From positions 868,001-932,000 of the forward strand of contig OY730414.1 in NCBI GenBank assembly GCA_963422615.1: 64,000 bases of DNA, in the 5' to 3' direction. Made by a program: the position numbers and the translations under genes. The DNA is from Longimicrobiales bacterium. Lineage in GTDB: Bacteria > Gemmatimonadota > Gemmatimonadetes > Longimicrobiales > Gaopeijiaceae. The notes under the pieces are model-generated. The model did not search any database and was not told where the DNA came from. It was given only the letters and a program-made list of their open reading frames with translations. Below are positions 22,902 through 33,755 of the stretch, piece by piece. The first letter of the stretch is position 1, and every line of letters starts with the position of its first letter.

Positions 22902-25307
22902 ATGATGCGCCTGTCTTCTCCCGCCGTTTTCGTTGCCGCTTCCCTGCTTCTGGCCGCTCCCCCGACCCGGGGCCAGACGGAGTACCGAGAGCCTCCGCCG
23001 GAGATCGTCGAGATTCTCGACGCGCCCCCGGCCCCCTTTGTCTCCGTCAGCCCGGACCGACAATGGCTGGCCCTTTCCCACCGGAAGAACATGCCGGGCA
23101 TTGCGGAGCAGTCCCAGCCGATGCTGCGGTTGGCGGGTCGCCGGATCAACCCGGTCACCAACGGGCTGTTCGGTCCCCCGCTGATCACGGGGATCAGCCT
23201 GCTCGAGGTGGGGACGGGTGCGGAACGCCCGGTCGATCTGCCGGCGGGCGGCGGGTGGTCCACCCCCGACTTTTCCCCGGCCGGGGAGATGTTCGCCTTC
23301 GAACGCGCCACCGACAGCGGGATCGAGCTCTGGGTTGCCGATGTTGCGTCCGCGGAGGCGCACCGGGTCGTGGGACCGCGCCTCAACGGCGTCCGAGGGC
23401 GGGCGTGTGAATGGCTGCCCGAAGGCGGCGCGCTCATCTGCCTCCTGGTTCCCGAAGACAGGGGTGCCGTTCCCGAAATGCCCGCTGCCCCGAGGGGGCC
23501 GGTCGTTCAGGAGTCGGAAGGGCGGAGTTCCCCGGTAAGGACCTATCAGGATCTCTTGAAGTCGCCCTTTGATGTGGCGCTCTACGAACACTTTGCCACG
23601 GCCCGAGTCGCCGTCGTGGACGCCGCGTCCGGAGCCGTTGAGACCCTGGGTGCAGCGGGTGTCTTTGCCTCCGTCGAAGTTTCGCCCAGTGGGAACCTGA
23701 TCCTTGTGGAGCGGCTGTCGACCCCCTTTTCGTACCTGGTGCCGGACCGCCTCTTCGCCAGAGACGTTGAAGTCTGGGATCGTGAAGGCAGAGTTGTGCG
23801 AACCGTCCACCAGATCGGACTGGGCGAGGGAATCCCCATCGGGGGGGTCTATGACGGCCCCCGAGGTCACCGCTGGATGGAGCGCACCGACGAGGACGTT
23901 CTCGTTTTCACCGAGGCCCTGGATGGCGGGGACCCTCGCAGGGAGGTTCCGAAGCGGGATCGACTGGTGGCGCTGTGGGCCCCTTTCGAAGGGGACGGTG
24001 AGGAACTGATTCGCACCGACTTCCGCTTCATGGGCCTTACCCGCGGCGAAGGTGACTTGGCGTTCGTCACGGAGTACGATCGGCCCAGCCGAACCCTGCG
24101 GGCGTGGAAGGCCGACCTGAGCCAACGGCCCTTCGCGACCGAGCTGCTCTGGGAGCGGAATTCGGAGGACCGGTACTCGGACCCGGGGGTTCCCGTCATG
24201 ACCCCGGCGGGGGACCGCATGGTTCAGCGGGACGGGTGGATCTACCTCCGGGGCGCTGGCGCCTCCGACGCAGGGGACCGGCCATTCCTGGACCGGATGA
24301 ACGTGGAGACCGGGGAAACCGAGCGCCTCTTCCGGTCCGGTCCGGATTCGTACGAAACCGTGGTGGCCATGCTTGACGATCGGGGGCGAAGGGTACTCAC
24401 CCGCTACGAATCCAAAACCGAGCCGCCCAACTACCACGTTCGGGACCTGGATAGCGGTGACCGACGCGCCATCACCCACTTCGTGGACCCGGCTCCCCAG
24501 CTGGCCGGGGTGACAAGGGAGTTCGTGGTCTACGAGCGCGAAGACGGGGTGAAGCTCTCCGGAACCCTGTACCTGCCGCCGGGTCACGACGGAGGGCCTC
24601 TGCCCACGGTGGTGTGGGCCTACCCCCGAGAGTACGCGAACGCCCGGACCGCCGGTCAAGTCAGGGGTTCCCCGCACCGCTTCTCCCGGATCAGCGGATC
24701 CTCCCACCTGTTCTTCCTTACTCAGGGGTACGCGGTCTTCGACGGCCCTACCATGCCCATCGTTGGCGGAGACACGGCCAACGACACGTACGTGGAACAG
24801 TTGGTTTCGTCGGCCAAGGCCGCGGTGGACCTGGTCGTTTCCATGGGGATCGCCGACCCGAACCGAATCGGAATCGGCGGACACTCCTACGGTGCCTTCA
24901 TGACCGCCAACCTTCTGGCCCACTCCAACCTCTTCCAAGCCGGAATCGCAAGGAGCGGCGCCTACAACCGGACCCTGACGCCATTCGGTTTTCAGTCCGA
25001 GAGAAGGACCTTCTGGGAGGCCCCGGACCTCTACTTTGCCATGTCTCCGTTCATGCATGCCGGCAAGATCAACGAACCCATGCTTATGATCCACGGTGCC
25101 GCCGACAACAACTCGGGAACTTTTCCGGTCCAGTCGGAACGAATGTACCACGCCGTAAAGGGGCTGGGCGGAAAGACCCGCCTGGTCATGCTTCCCAACG
25201 AAAGCCACGGATACAGGGCGAGGGAGTCGGTGTTGCACGCCCTGGCCGAGATGATCGAATGGTTCGACCGTTACGTAAAGAAGGAGGTGCAGCGGGTTAC
25301 GTTCTAG
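22902..25307 (+). CDS. S9 prolyl oligopeptidase-family serine peptidase (glutamyl endopeptidase-like)
   Basis: Signal peptide; GGHSYG, ARSGAYNRTLTPFGFQ, HGAADNN, ESHGY catalytic motifs. Confidence 0.93.
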   Translation: MMRLSSPAVFVAASLLLAAPPTRGQTEYREPPPEIVEILDAPPAPFVSVSPDRQWLALSHRKNMPGIAEQSQPMLRLAGRRINPVTNGLFGPPLITGISLLEVGTGAERPVDLPAGGGWSTPDFSPAGEMFAFERATDSGIELWVADVASAEAHRVVGPRLNGVRGRACEWLPEGGALICLLVPEDRGAVPEMPAAPRGPVVQESEGRSSPVRTYQDLLKSPFDVALYEHFATARVAVVDAASGAVETLGAAGVFASVEVSPSGNLILVERLSTPFSYLVPDRLFARDVEVWDREGRVVRTVHQIGLGEGIPIGGVYDGPRGHRWMERTDEDVLVFTEALDGGDPRREVPKRDRLVALWAPFEGDGEELIRTDFRFMGLTRGEGDLAFVTEYDRPSRTLRAWKADLSQRPFATELLWERNSEDRYSDPGVPVMTPAGDRMVQRDGWIYLRGAGASDAGDRPFLDRMNVETGETERLFRSGPDSYETVVAMLDDRGRRVLTRYESKTEPPNYHVRDLDSGDRRAITHFVDPAPQLAGVTREFVVYEREDGVKLSGTLYLPPGHDGGPLPTVVWAYPREYANARTAGQVRGSPHRFSRISGSSHLFFLTQGYAVFDGPTMPIVGGDTANDTYVEQLVSSAKAAVDLVVSMGIADPNRIGIGGHSYGAFMTANLLAHSNLFQAGIARSGAYNRTLTPFGFQSERRTFWEAPDLYFAMSPFMHAGKINEPMLMIHGAADNNSGTFPVQSERMYHAVKGLGGKTRLVMLPNESHGYRARESVLHALAEMIEWFDRYVKKEVQRVTF

Positions 25308-25367
25308 CGGCTGCACGGGAGCCGTGATCTGCCGGTTCGCTCCCTCCCGACGGGTAACCGGTGGCCG

Positions 25368-26384
25368 TCAACGAAAGAGGGATGGGTGGCCCCCCGTGTG
25401 GAGGAAGACGGTCCGGGGCACGTTTCCCGTCCTGCCCTCCCGGATCCAGGAGATCATGGCGGCGGCGGCCTTCGCCGTGTAGACCGGGTCGAGGACCACA
25501 CCGGCGCCGGCGCCGAAAAGGGCGGCGGCCTCTTCGCTCCGGGGGGTGGGGAGTCCGTATCCGGCCCCGACGAAAGCGTCCGTCGCCAGAACCGATGCGG
25601 CCGCATTCCGGGTGCGTTCCGGCAGATCCGATGCTTCTTCCCCGCTGGAAAGGACCTCGGCTGCGGCCCCGGCCAACCCCGTCACCGTTTCCTTGATGTG
25701 CGATGCCTTTTCGTCGACGCTCACGGCCACCAGGCGAGGAAACCACCCGAGAATCGCGCACCCCAGGACCAGCCCCGCCATGGTACCCCCCGACGACGAG
25801 GCGGCGAAAATCCAGACGGGCGCCCCGGCCAGCTGGCGGTGAAGCTCCACCATGGCGTGAACGTAACCCAGCGCACCCCTTGCGGTGGAGGCACCCAGGG
25901 GAATCAACAGGGCCTTCCCGCCCTTCGACTTGATCCTCCGAGCTTCCTCCTCCATCGCGGGCTCCCGCTCCGCCCGGTTTGCCACGGTGACGATTCTCGC
26001 CCCCAGCAGTCGGTGAAGACGGGCGTTGCCGCGCCTCTCGTCTTTCGGTCTTCCGTTGACGACCAACGTGCATCCCAGGCTCAGATGCGCCGCTGCGGCT
26101 GCCACGACCCGGCAGTGGTTGGACTGGGGTCCGCCTGCCGTCACCAAGTCGGTGACGCCTGCCAAGCGCACGGGGTCCAGCTCGTATTCCAGCTTGCGCA
26201 CTTTGTTTCCCCCGAGTCCGAAACCCGTCCAGTCGTCGGCTTTGACGGAGATCCGGACCGGGGTCTTCAGGTGAGCGGCAAGGGCCGAAGATTCAAGCAG
26301 CGGCGTCGGAAACCGACCCAGGGGCATGCGCCCGACTTCGGCCAGGCGGGCCAGAGCGGCGTTGTCGACCAAGGGAGTTCTCAT
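25368..26384 (-). CDS. D-cysteine desulfhydrase / ACC deaminase family PLP enzyme
   Basis: GGNKVRKLEY, QSNHCR, SSGGT, LDPVYTAK, FLHTGG. Confidence 0.92.
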   Translation of the reverse strand: MRTPLVDNAALARLAEVGRMPLGRFPTPLLESSALAAHLKTPVRISVKADDWTGFGLGGNKVRKLEYELDPVRLAGVTDLVTAGGPQSNHCRVVAAAAAHLSLGCTLVVNGRPKDERRGNARLHRLLGARIVTVANRAEREPAMEEEARRIKSKGGKALLIPLGASTARGALGYVHAMVELHRQLAGAPVWIFAASSSGGTMAGLVLGCAILGWFPRLVAVSVDEKASHIKETVTGLAGAAAEVLSSGEEASDLPERTRNAAASVLATDAFVGAGYGLPTPRSEEAAALFGAGAGVVLDPVYTAKAAAAMISWIREGRTGNVPRTVFLHTGGHPSLFR

Positions 26385-26484
26385 CTCGGATAGGGTTCTC
26401 CAGGGGTTGAATATGGAACTCTTCGGCCTTTCGCCACTAGAATACTGCTTGTGGTAAGGATGCATTCTGCCCCGGTCGACCTAC

Positions 26485-28998
26485 GTGCGGAATCTGGAGG
26501 AGAGCTGCTTGCACACAATCGAAGAAGCCAGAAGTGGCATTATTCTGCCGGTTGCCGAGTTGCTGCGGGTTCCCCGGCCCGGAGGCTTCCACTTTGTCTG
26601 GCAATCCGCTCGGGCGTTCCTGTACCGGACTGTCGGGGAGCAACGAGGATCCCGGGGTCGTCTGCGGGGGCGATCCCTCTATTTGGCGCCGGTGCTCCTG
26701 GCGGTAGGGGTTCTGACGATCGTCCCCCCGGGAGCGGTGGCCCAGGACAACTCCTTTCGCGGTCGGGTCTGGTCTGATGACGGAATCCCCGTCGAAGGCG
26801 CTGCGGTTCGCCTTTTTCCGGTTTCGGATACCGCGCAGGTAAACATCACCGGAACCGATCGACTGGGCTTCTTCACCTTCCCGTCCATCGCCACCGGAGC
26901 CTACATCCTCTCCATAGCCCGGATCGGGTATGTTCCCTACCGGGAGCAGATCCGGGTGCCTGTCGGGGCGAGGACTGCGACCGAAGTCACGTTGTTGAGT
27001 CAAGCCGTGGAGCTTGAGGGCTTCCTGGTCGAAGCTCAGCGGAGCCGGGCCCGGGCGCGCTTCGAGGAGTCGGCCGGAATGACGGTCCAGGAGCTGGATC
27101 GGAAAGCACTGAGGGCGGTTCCAGGGTTGATTGAGGTTGATCCGATTCGGGCCGTCGAAGTATTGCCCGGCGTGACCACGGTGTCCGACTTCTCCGCGGC
27201 TTTCAACGTCCGGGGCGGTTCGGCGGATCAGAACTTGATCCTCCTGGACGACGTGCCTGTCTTCAGCCCTTTCCACTTGGGGGGCTTCTTTTCGGTGTTC
27301 AACGCAGACATGGTAGAACGGGCGGAGCTGAGATCCGGTGGCTTCCCGGCGGAGTACGGAGGCAGGGTGTCGTCGGTTCTGGTCGTTGAGTCCGACGCCG
27401 GAGACGGAAAGATCGGAGCCGACGCCGGAGTGAGCCTACTGGCGTCCCGTCTTGCCGTGAAGGGGTCGCTTCCCGGAAGGGTCGCCGAGGGATTGGGCCT
27501 AGCCAGTGCCCGTTGGCGCGTTTCGGGCCGGCGTTCCTACGTCGATGTTATCGCGGACGCTGTTCCCTACAACCTGACCGACTTCCAGGCCGTGTTCGAG
27601 GGATGGACCCGGGGGGGCAACCGTTTGAAGGTCTCCGCGTATACCGGTCGGGACGTCGTAGACTTCACCGACGCCGAAGGGGGCAGTATTCCCCTCCAGT
27701 TTCGGTGGGATTGGGGAAACGACGCGGTCGGTGGATCCTGGACTTCCCCCATGACGGGAGGCGGCGCCCTGGACCTTCAGGCATCTTTTTCCCGTTTCCA
27801 CTCGGACTTCGGATTCGCCAACTTCGCAGAAACCGACTTTTCCACCAAGATCGAGCAGGCGACCTTTCGGGCTGACCTTGAGCGCCGTCCGACCCCGCGC
27901 GTCCGCTGGACATCGGGGCTGGTTGCCAACCGCTTGGGGTACGACAACCGGTTTCAGGTCGGCGGAACGGTCTTCGGAGAAGGGGACGGGAGGGGATGGG
28001 AGACGGCGGCCTACACCCAACTCCACTGGGACGCCAGCGTCCGTTGGCTCGTGGAGGGCGGGTTGCGCCTTGATCATTGGCGCCCGGCTGCCGCGGGCAG
28101 CCAAACGACAGTGTCACCCCGCTTTGCGATCAAGCGCTTTGTTCGGGACCGGCGCTCGGCGCTTCGACTGGCGGGAGGCCGCTATTCGCAGTTCGTTCAG
28201 TCCCGCCGGGATGAAGAGCTTCCCTTTGGGCTTGATGTGTGGGTGCTGGCAGGCCCCCGGGCCCCGCGGCTCCTTTCGGATCAGGTGCAGGTCGGGGCCG
28301 AGAGCTTCTTTGGAGCCGAGGAGGAGTGGTTCGCGTCTGCCGAAGGATATTTCCGAACGTTTGACGGTGTCATCGGCGAAAATGCTGTCGAGGAACCCGG
28401 CGACCCCCTGGACGACTTGGTTGCGGGGACCGGCCAGGCGTACGGGGTGGATCTCTTCTTGAAACGCGATCTGGGGACTACCACCGGGTGGATTTCGGCC
28501 TCTTTCCTCAAGACGGACCGGACCTTCCCCGACACCCGGTCGGGTCTGGATCCCGTACCTCTCGCGACCTACCCGCCCGTCTTCGATCGCCGCTTCGAAG
28601 TCGATTTGGTTGTACAGCGGCAGATGGGGTGGTGGGGGCTGGACGGGGGCCTTCGCTTCAACTTCGGTACCGGTTTGCCCTACACCCGTCCTCTCGGAGC
28701 CTTCGACTTCTACCGCCGTCGCAACGGGGTTCTGCAGCGCGAAGCTGAACCGGCCGTGGTCCTCGGCCCCCGCAACGGAGCCCGATACCCGTCGCGCCAC
28801 CGCCTGGACATCAGCTTCAGGAAGCCGATGGAGAAGAAATGGGGACGGCTGACGCCCTACGCGAGCATCATCAACGTGTACAACAAGAAGAACGTCCTGT
28901 TCTACTTCTTTGAGTACGACCGAACGCCGCCCGTGCGCACCGGGGTCTCCATGATCCCCTTTCTTCCCACCGTAGGCGTGGAGATTTCATTTCAATGA
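26485..28998 (+). CDS. TonB-dependent receptor (true start likely further downstream, ~26680)
   Basis: Carboxypeptidase-regulatory-like N domain; NVRGGSADQNLILLD plug; GGFPAEYGGRVSSV; C-terminal Phe-containing barrel end. Confidence 0.88.
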   Translation: MRNLEESCLHTIEEARSGIILPVAELLRVPRPGGFHFVWQSARAFLYRTVGEQRGSRGRLRGRSLYLAPVLLAVGVLTIVPPGAVAQDNSFRGRVWSDDGIPVEGAAVRLFPVSDTAQVNITGTDRLGFFTFPSIATGAYILSIARIGYVPYREQIRVPVGARTATEVTLLSQAVELEGFLVEAQRSRARARFEESAGMTVQELDRKALRAVPGLIEVDPIRAVEVLPGVTTVSDFSAAFNVRGGSADQNLILLDDVPVFSPFHLGGFFSVFNADMVERAELRSGGFPAEYGGRVSSVLVVESDAGDGKIGADAGVSLLASRLAVKGSLPGRVAEGLGLASARWRVSGRRSYVDVIADAVPYNLTDFQAVFEGWTRGGNRLKVSAYTGRDVVDFTDAEGGSIPLQFRWDWGNDAVGGSWTSPMTGGGALDLQASFSRFHSDFGFANFAETDFSTKIEQATFRADLERRPTPRVRWTSGLVANRLGYDNRFQVGGTVFGEGDGRGWETAAYTQLHWDASVRWLVEGGLRLDHWRPAAAGSQTTVSPRFAIKRFVRDRRSALRLAGGRYSQFVQSRRDEELPFGLDVWVLAGPRAPRLLSDQVQVGAESFFGAEEEWFASAEGYFRTFDGVIGENAVEEPGDPLDDLVAGTGQAYGVDLFLKRDLGTTTGWISASFLKTDRTFPDTRSGLDPVPLATYPPVFDRRFEVDLVVQRQMGWWGLDGGLRFNFGTGLPYTRPLGAFDFYRRRNGVLQREAEPAVVLGPRNGARYPSRHRLDISFRKPMEKKWGRLTPYASIINVYNKKNVLFYFFEYDRTPPVRTGVSMIPFLPTVGVEISFQ

Positions 28999-29981
28999 CC
29001 CCTGTCCCTCCCTCCGTGGCGGTCCGCGTCACCGTTTTCGTCACCGCCGTCTTGGCTGTCTCCGGCTGCGAACTCACGGAAGTGTCGACTGCCCGGGCGG
29101 AAGACGTGATCGTTGCGGAATCGCAGGTTACCGTTTTTCTCTCCGCCGACGAAACGTCTTCTGCCTGGGTGACGGCTTCTACGCTGCTCCACCGGACCTA
29201 CGGCGAAAACGTCCGGGCGGTTGGCGGTTCCCTCGTGCAGGTGTCAGGGGCGTCAGGGCGAACGCTTCGTCTCGTGGAGGCCCCCTTGGAACACTGCCTC
29301 CACCAGGTCGATTCTCTCGGCGGATTCCCTGCGGAAGGTTCGTGTTACCTGGCGTCCGCTTCCGGGGCATCCTTCGCTCCGGGAGAGAAGTTGTCTCTGG
29401 AAATCAACGTTCCGGACGGTCGGGTATTGACCGCCGTGAGCCGGATTCCGGGAACATTTTCCTTCAGGGACTTGAACCAAGTCGGGGGGCGGTGCCGTCT
29501 CGAGCCCAATACCAACTTCCGGTTCCGCTGGACACCCGCAGAAGATGCCTGGACGTACTTTGCCGAAGCGAACTTGGGAGGACTTCGCGAGGCCTTGGCC
29601 GGTCGGGACATTGATGTTCCCGACTCCTTGTATCTCGTCGGCCTCTCTCTCGGCAGGGAAGACACGGAGATCGTCTTCCCCAGGGACTTCGGGCTCTTCA
29701 ACTTCCTTGAGGAAGACTTCCCGCGAGACCTGCTTTTCACTCTCCAAGACGAAGGATTGCCCGAGGGCGCAGGCGCAGTCGTGTCCCTTGCCGCCGCGGA
29801 CCGCAATCGGACGAACTGGGAGCGGGGCGGGAACTTCAACCCCTCGGGAGAGGTGCGCATTCCCTCCGTATTCGGAGACGGAACCGGCGTCTTCGGCACG
29901 GCGGTTCAGCGGCGTATCTCCGTGACGGCGGGCCCTGGGGAAGAAGGGGAACTGCCGCTGTGCGGTACCGCGGAGTCGTGA
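28995..29981 (+). CDS. DUF4249-like lipoprotein partner of the TonB receptor
   Basis: Lipobox LAVSGC; C-terminal SVFGDGTGVFG; start overlaps the receptor stop. Confidence 0.7.
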   Translation: MTPVPPSVAVRVTVFVTAVLAVSGCELTEVSTARAEDVIVAESQVTVFLSADETSSAWVTASTLLHRTYGENVRAVGGSLVQVSGASGRTLRLVEAPLEHCLHQVDSLGGFPAEGSCYLASASGASFAPGEKLSLEINVPDGRVLTAVSRIPGTFSFRDLNQVGGRCRLEPNTNFRFRWTPAEDAWTYFAEANLGGLREALAGRDIDVPDSLYLVGLSLGREDTEIVFPRDFGLFNFLEEDFPRDLLFTLQDEGLPEGAGAVVSLAAADRNRTNWERGGNFNPSGEVRIPSVFGDGTGVFGTAVQRRISVTAGPGEEGELPLCGTAES

Positions 29982-29993
29982 GCACGAAGGTCT

Positions 29994-30662
29994 TCACCCC
30001 TCGGTGACCCGCACCCGCCGGGCCTCTTCCGGGCTTAGTGCCACGAGTTCCTGGCGTCCTTGGACCGTCAGAGTGACGGATCCCCTTCTTTTCCACGACT
30101 GGATGAGCACATCGGCGCCGGGGACGAGACCTGCGGCTTCGAAGGAGCGCAACTGGCCCGGATCTTGGTCGGAAACGGACCGGACGGTAACCCGGGTTCC
30201 GGATGGAACTTCGTTGAGGCGCCGGTACGTGGTGGGGTCCATTTCGCCGCTCCGGGTGGGGATGGGAGCGCCGTGGGGGTCGGTGGTCGGGTTGTCCAGG
30301 GCCTCGGCCATGCGGTCGATGAGACGATCCGACGCGGCGTGCTCCAGGCGCTCCGCTTCTTCGTGGACGTCGTCCCACGAGAAGTCCAGCCGCCGCACGA
30401 GAAAGGACTCGATGATCCGGTGGCGCCTCAGAACCTTCAGGGCCTCCCGGTTCCCCCGCTCCGTCAACCGCACGCCCGCATACGGCTCGTGCTCCAGAAG
30501 TCCGTCTTCAGCCAGGCGACGGATCATCCCGCTCACCGACGCGGGCTGCACGTCCAGGGCCCGGGCCAAGTCGTTCGTTCCGACCGCCTTCCCCCTCTCC
30601 GAAAGGGTATGGACCGCCTTCAGGTAGTCTTCCCTCGAGCGAGACAGGCCGGAGGAGGTCAT
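29994..30662 (-). CDS. DtxR/MntR family metal-dependent regulator with FeoA-like domain
   Basis: SREDYLK, RRHRIIE, VHEEAERLEH, DPHGAPIP. Confidence 0.93.
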   Translation of the reverse strand: MTSSGLSRSREDYLKAVHTLSERGKAVGTNDLARALDVQPASVSGMIRRLAEDGLLEHEPYAGVRLTERGNREALKVLRRHRIIESFLVRRLDFSWDDVHEEAERLEHAASDRLIDRMAEALDNPTTDPHGAPIPTRSGEMDPTTYRRLNEVPSGTRVTVRSVSDQDPGQLRSFEAAGLVPGADVLIQSWKRRGSVTLTVQGRQELVALSPEEARRVRVTEG

Positions 30663-30748
30663 GGGACCCGACTTATGGCGAACCGGTCCCGGAGTCGCGA
30701 TACTTCAGGGGATTCGATGGTGACCCTTATCCGGGAGGAGAGTCGTCG

Positions 30749-30943
30749 GTGAAAGATTCGGTTGCTGTTGACGCAAAACGCATCCTGCTTCGCTACGGGG
30801 CCCCAATTTCCGTGCTGGACAAGGTTTCGGACGAAGATCGGATCGAAATGGCTCGCACCATTGCCAAGACGTCGCTCCCGGAGCGGGAAGCCCGCCTCCG
30901 CGAAATGCTCACCAAAGCGGGCCACATTCAGGCTGACGGCTGA
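30749..30943 (+). CDS. Small hypothetical protein
   Basis: GGAGGAG RBS upstream; protein-like composition; fills the intergenic gap. Confidence 0.6.
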   Translation: MKDSVAVDAKRILLRYGAPISVLDKVSDEDRIEMARTIAKTSLPEREARLREMLTKAGHIQADG

Positions 30944-30986
30944 CCCGGGGCGCGAAGCGCCTGGCCTGGCCAAGCCGGATCCCGGC

Positions 30987-33755
30987 TCAGGGAATCACCC
31001 GCTGGGCCTTTGCGAAATCCCCGGCCTTTACGAACGTCATCTTCTCCGGGTCGATCCAGCGCCTTGCCGCCGCGTTGATCTGCTCCGTCGTCAGAGATTG
31101 GATCGCTGCCTCCCGGTCGGCGTGCCAAGCCATGCTGCGGCCGAAGTACAGGTTGCTGTTCAAGGTTCCGGCCAAGGTTTGGTCCTGGGCCCGTTGCAGG
31201 TTCGCGAACTCCAGGTAGCCCTTGATTCCGGCTTCCACCTCGTCGTCGGTGAAGCCTTCGTCCAGGATCTTTCGGACCTCTTCCCGGTAGGCCGCCTCCA
31301 GCTTCTCCAGGTTTTCGGGAGCATAAATGGCGTAAGCAACGAACTGGCCCCGCTCGTCAATGGGATGGAAGGAGACCTGGGAACCCACGCCGTAGCTGAG
31401 GCCTTCCTCCTGGCGGATGCGAGTGGCAAGCCGGGAGTTCAGGAAACCGCCCCCGAAGATGTAGTTGGCCAGCGTCAGCGCCGCCGCGTCCTCATGGTCA
31501 TCCCCGACCGGCAGGTTCATGGCCGCAAGGAACAAGGCGTTGCTCTTGTCCGGCGTCTCGATCTTGATGTCTCCCGGGGGCACATCCACAAACTCGTTGG
31601 CCATCCGCTGGAACGAGACCTGCGCAGCCCAGTCGCCGAAGGCCTCTTCCACGATCCGGGAAGCTTCCCGCTCGTCAAAGTCGCCGACAATGGACAAGGT
31701 GGCCGCTCCGGTCCCGTAGAAGTCCGCGTAGAACTCCCTGACCTCATCCAGCGTGAGGGATTCGGTCGCGGCGATGGACTCATCCATGGTGAGCACGTAC
31801 TGGGGATGGTCCGGTTCCCGGGGGGTCATGTGGCGTCCCAGCGCGATCGACGCCTGAACTTGGGGCTCGGCCTTCTGGGCCTCCATGTTGGCGAGCTGTT
31901 GTTCCTTCATCAGCGCGAACTCCTCGGAAGGGAACCCGGGTTCCCGGAGAACCTCTGCCAGCAGGCGCAGCGCCGCAGGGAAGTTCTCCCGCGTGGCCTG
32001 GACCCCTCCCTGGACCGTGACCGCGCCGCCACCCACGCTGACCCGCGCCTGGAGGCGGTTCATTTCGTCCTCGATCTCCTGCCGCGTCCGATTCGCCGTG
32101 CCGCGCATCAGCATTCCAGCCACTGCGCCGCCGGCCGTGGCCCGCCCCATGAGGGCTTGCTCGGTGCCCAGCCGGAGCACGAGAGAGGCCACCACCGTCT
32201 CGCCCCGGGTGTCCTTCGGGAGGAGGGCGACCTTCATCCCGCCAGGAAGTTCCCGGGTCGTTGTGCGTCGCTGGATGTTTTCGGGCGACGGGTCGAATGC
32301 CTCTCCCTGGGCCACCGCCTCGTTCCCGCGGTACCCGTCCACGAGAGACGCCACTTCGGGCGCCTGCGGGATCACGGCCCGATCGGGCTGGTCGTCGGGA
32401 ATGAACATCCCGACGGTTCGGTTGGAAGGCTTCAGATAGTCGAGCGCCACCCGCTGCACGTCTTCTGCGGTGACCTCTTTGAGACGGTCTCGGTGCAGGA
32501 AGAAGAGCCGCCAGTCTCCCATGGCCCCCCATTCGCTCAGCTGCAGCGCGATGGCCCGGGAGTTGTTGAAGAGCCGTTCGATGGAAGCCAGACGGGCTTG
32601 GCGGGCCCGCTCCACTTCTTCTCCGGTCACGGGGCTCGTTAACACCTCCTGGATGGCGTCGGACATGGCCGCCGCAACGGTCTCCGCCGATCCGTCGTCC
32701 CGAACCAGAGCGAAGGTGGTCAGGGTGCCGGGCTCCCGCAGCTGACGGGTACCGGCGCTCACTTGGGCCGCCAGCCCCGTCTCGACCAGCGCCTGGTACA
32801 GTCGGCCCGAGGGCTCGTCCCCCAGCACCCACGAGAGCAGGTCCACTGCCGCGAAGTCCTCGTGGTATCCCGCGGGAACGTGGTACAGGTGCGACACCAG
32901 CTGGGCATCGCCGGAGCGGCGCAGGGTGACCGTGCGCTCTCCGTCCTGAACGGGCTCCTTGGTGTAGGTCGGGTATATGAGGGCTCCCCCGGCTCGTTCC
33001 GGCCGGGGGATGGCGCCGAACTTCTCAACGACCAGCGCGAGGGCCTCTTCCGGGTCGAACTGCCCGGCAACGACCAGCTGGGCGTTATCGGGCTGGTAGT
33101 ACTTCCGGTAGAAGGCCTGAAGGCGTTTTATGGGCACGTTCTCCAGGTCGGTCCGGGCTCCGATGGTGGAGTTGCCGTAGTTGTGCCAAAGGTAGGCGAC
33201 GGAGTTCATGCGTTTGGAGAGGACCTGGAAGGGATTGTTTTCCCCGGACTCCCATTCGTTTCTGACCACCGTCATCTCCGATTCCAGGTCCTCGGCGGCG
33301 ATGAAGGAGTTCACCATCCGGTCCGCCTCCAAGTCGAGGGCCCAGGCCAGGTTGTCGGAAGCGGCGGGGAAGGTTTCGAAGTAGTTGGTTCTGTCCAGCC
33401 ACGTCGTTCCGTTGGGAATGGCACCCCGTTCGGTCAGCTCCTGGGGGATATCAGGGTGGTTGGGTGTGCCCTTGAACACCAAGTGTTCCAAGAGATGGGC
33501 CATTCCCGTCTCCCCGTACCCTTCGTGACGCGAACCGACGAAGTAGGTGATGCTCACCGTGGTCTGGGGCTGGCTCGGGTCGGGAAAGAGGAGCACCCGA
33601 AGACCGTTTTCAAGTCGGTACTCGGTGATCCCCTCAACCGAGGCGATCAGGGTGGGCTCCTGCGCGCCTGCGGTCGCCGGAATCGACGTCGCGAGGGCCG
33701 CCAGAAGGAGCGTTTTGCGTCGCAGAAGCCGCACGGGGGCGGTGGATTCGATCAC
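30987..33755 (-). CDS. M16 (pitrilysin/PqqL-like) zinc protease
   Basis: HLLEH inverted zinc motif, NGTTWLDRTNY, RQEEGLSYGV; signal peptide. Confidence 0.95.
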   Translation of the reverse strand: MIESTAPVRLLRRKTLLLAALATSIPATAGAQEPTLIASVEGITEYRLENGLRVLLFPDPSQPQTTVSITYFVGSRHEGYGETGMAHLLEHLVFKGTPNHPDIPQELTERGAIPNGTTWLDRTNYFETFPAASDNLAWALDLEADRMVNSFIAAEDLESEMTVVRNEWESGENNPFQVLSKRMNSVAYLWHNYGNSTIGARTDLENVPIKRLQAFYRKYYQPDNAQLVVAGQFDPEEALALVVEKFGAIPRPERAGGALIYPTYTKEPVQDGERTVTLRRSGDAQLVSHLYHVPAGYHEDFAAVDLLSWVLGDEPSGRLYQALVETGLAAQVSAGTRQLREPGTLTTFALVRDDGSAETVAAAMSDAIQEVLTSPVTGEEVERARQARLASIERLFNNSRAIALQLSEWGAMGDWRLFFLHRDRLKEVTAEDVQRVALDYLKPSNRTVGMFIPDDQPDRAVIPQAPEVASLVDGYRGNEAVAQGEAFDPSPENIQRRTTTRELPGGMKVALLPKDTRGETVVASLVLRLGTEQALMGRATAGGAVAGMLMRGTANRTRQEIEDEMNRLQARVSVGGGAVTVQGGVQATRENFPAALRLLAEVLREPGFPSEEFALMKEQQLANMEAQKAEPQVQASIALGRHMTPREPDHPQYVLTMDESIAATESLTLDEVREFYADFYGTGAATLSIVGDFDEREASRIVEEAFGDWAAQVSFQRMANEFVDVPPGDIKIETPDKSNALFLAAMNLPVGDDHEDAAALTLANYIFGGGFLNSRLATRIRQEEGLSYGVGSQVSFHPIDERGQFVAYAIYAPENLEKLEAAYREEVRKILDEGFTDDEVEAGIKGYLEFANLQRAQDQTLAGTLNSNLYFGRSMAWHADREAAIQSLTTEQINAAARRWIDPEKMTFVKAGDFAKAQRVIP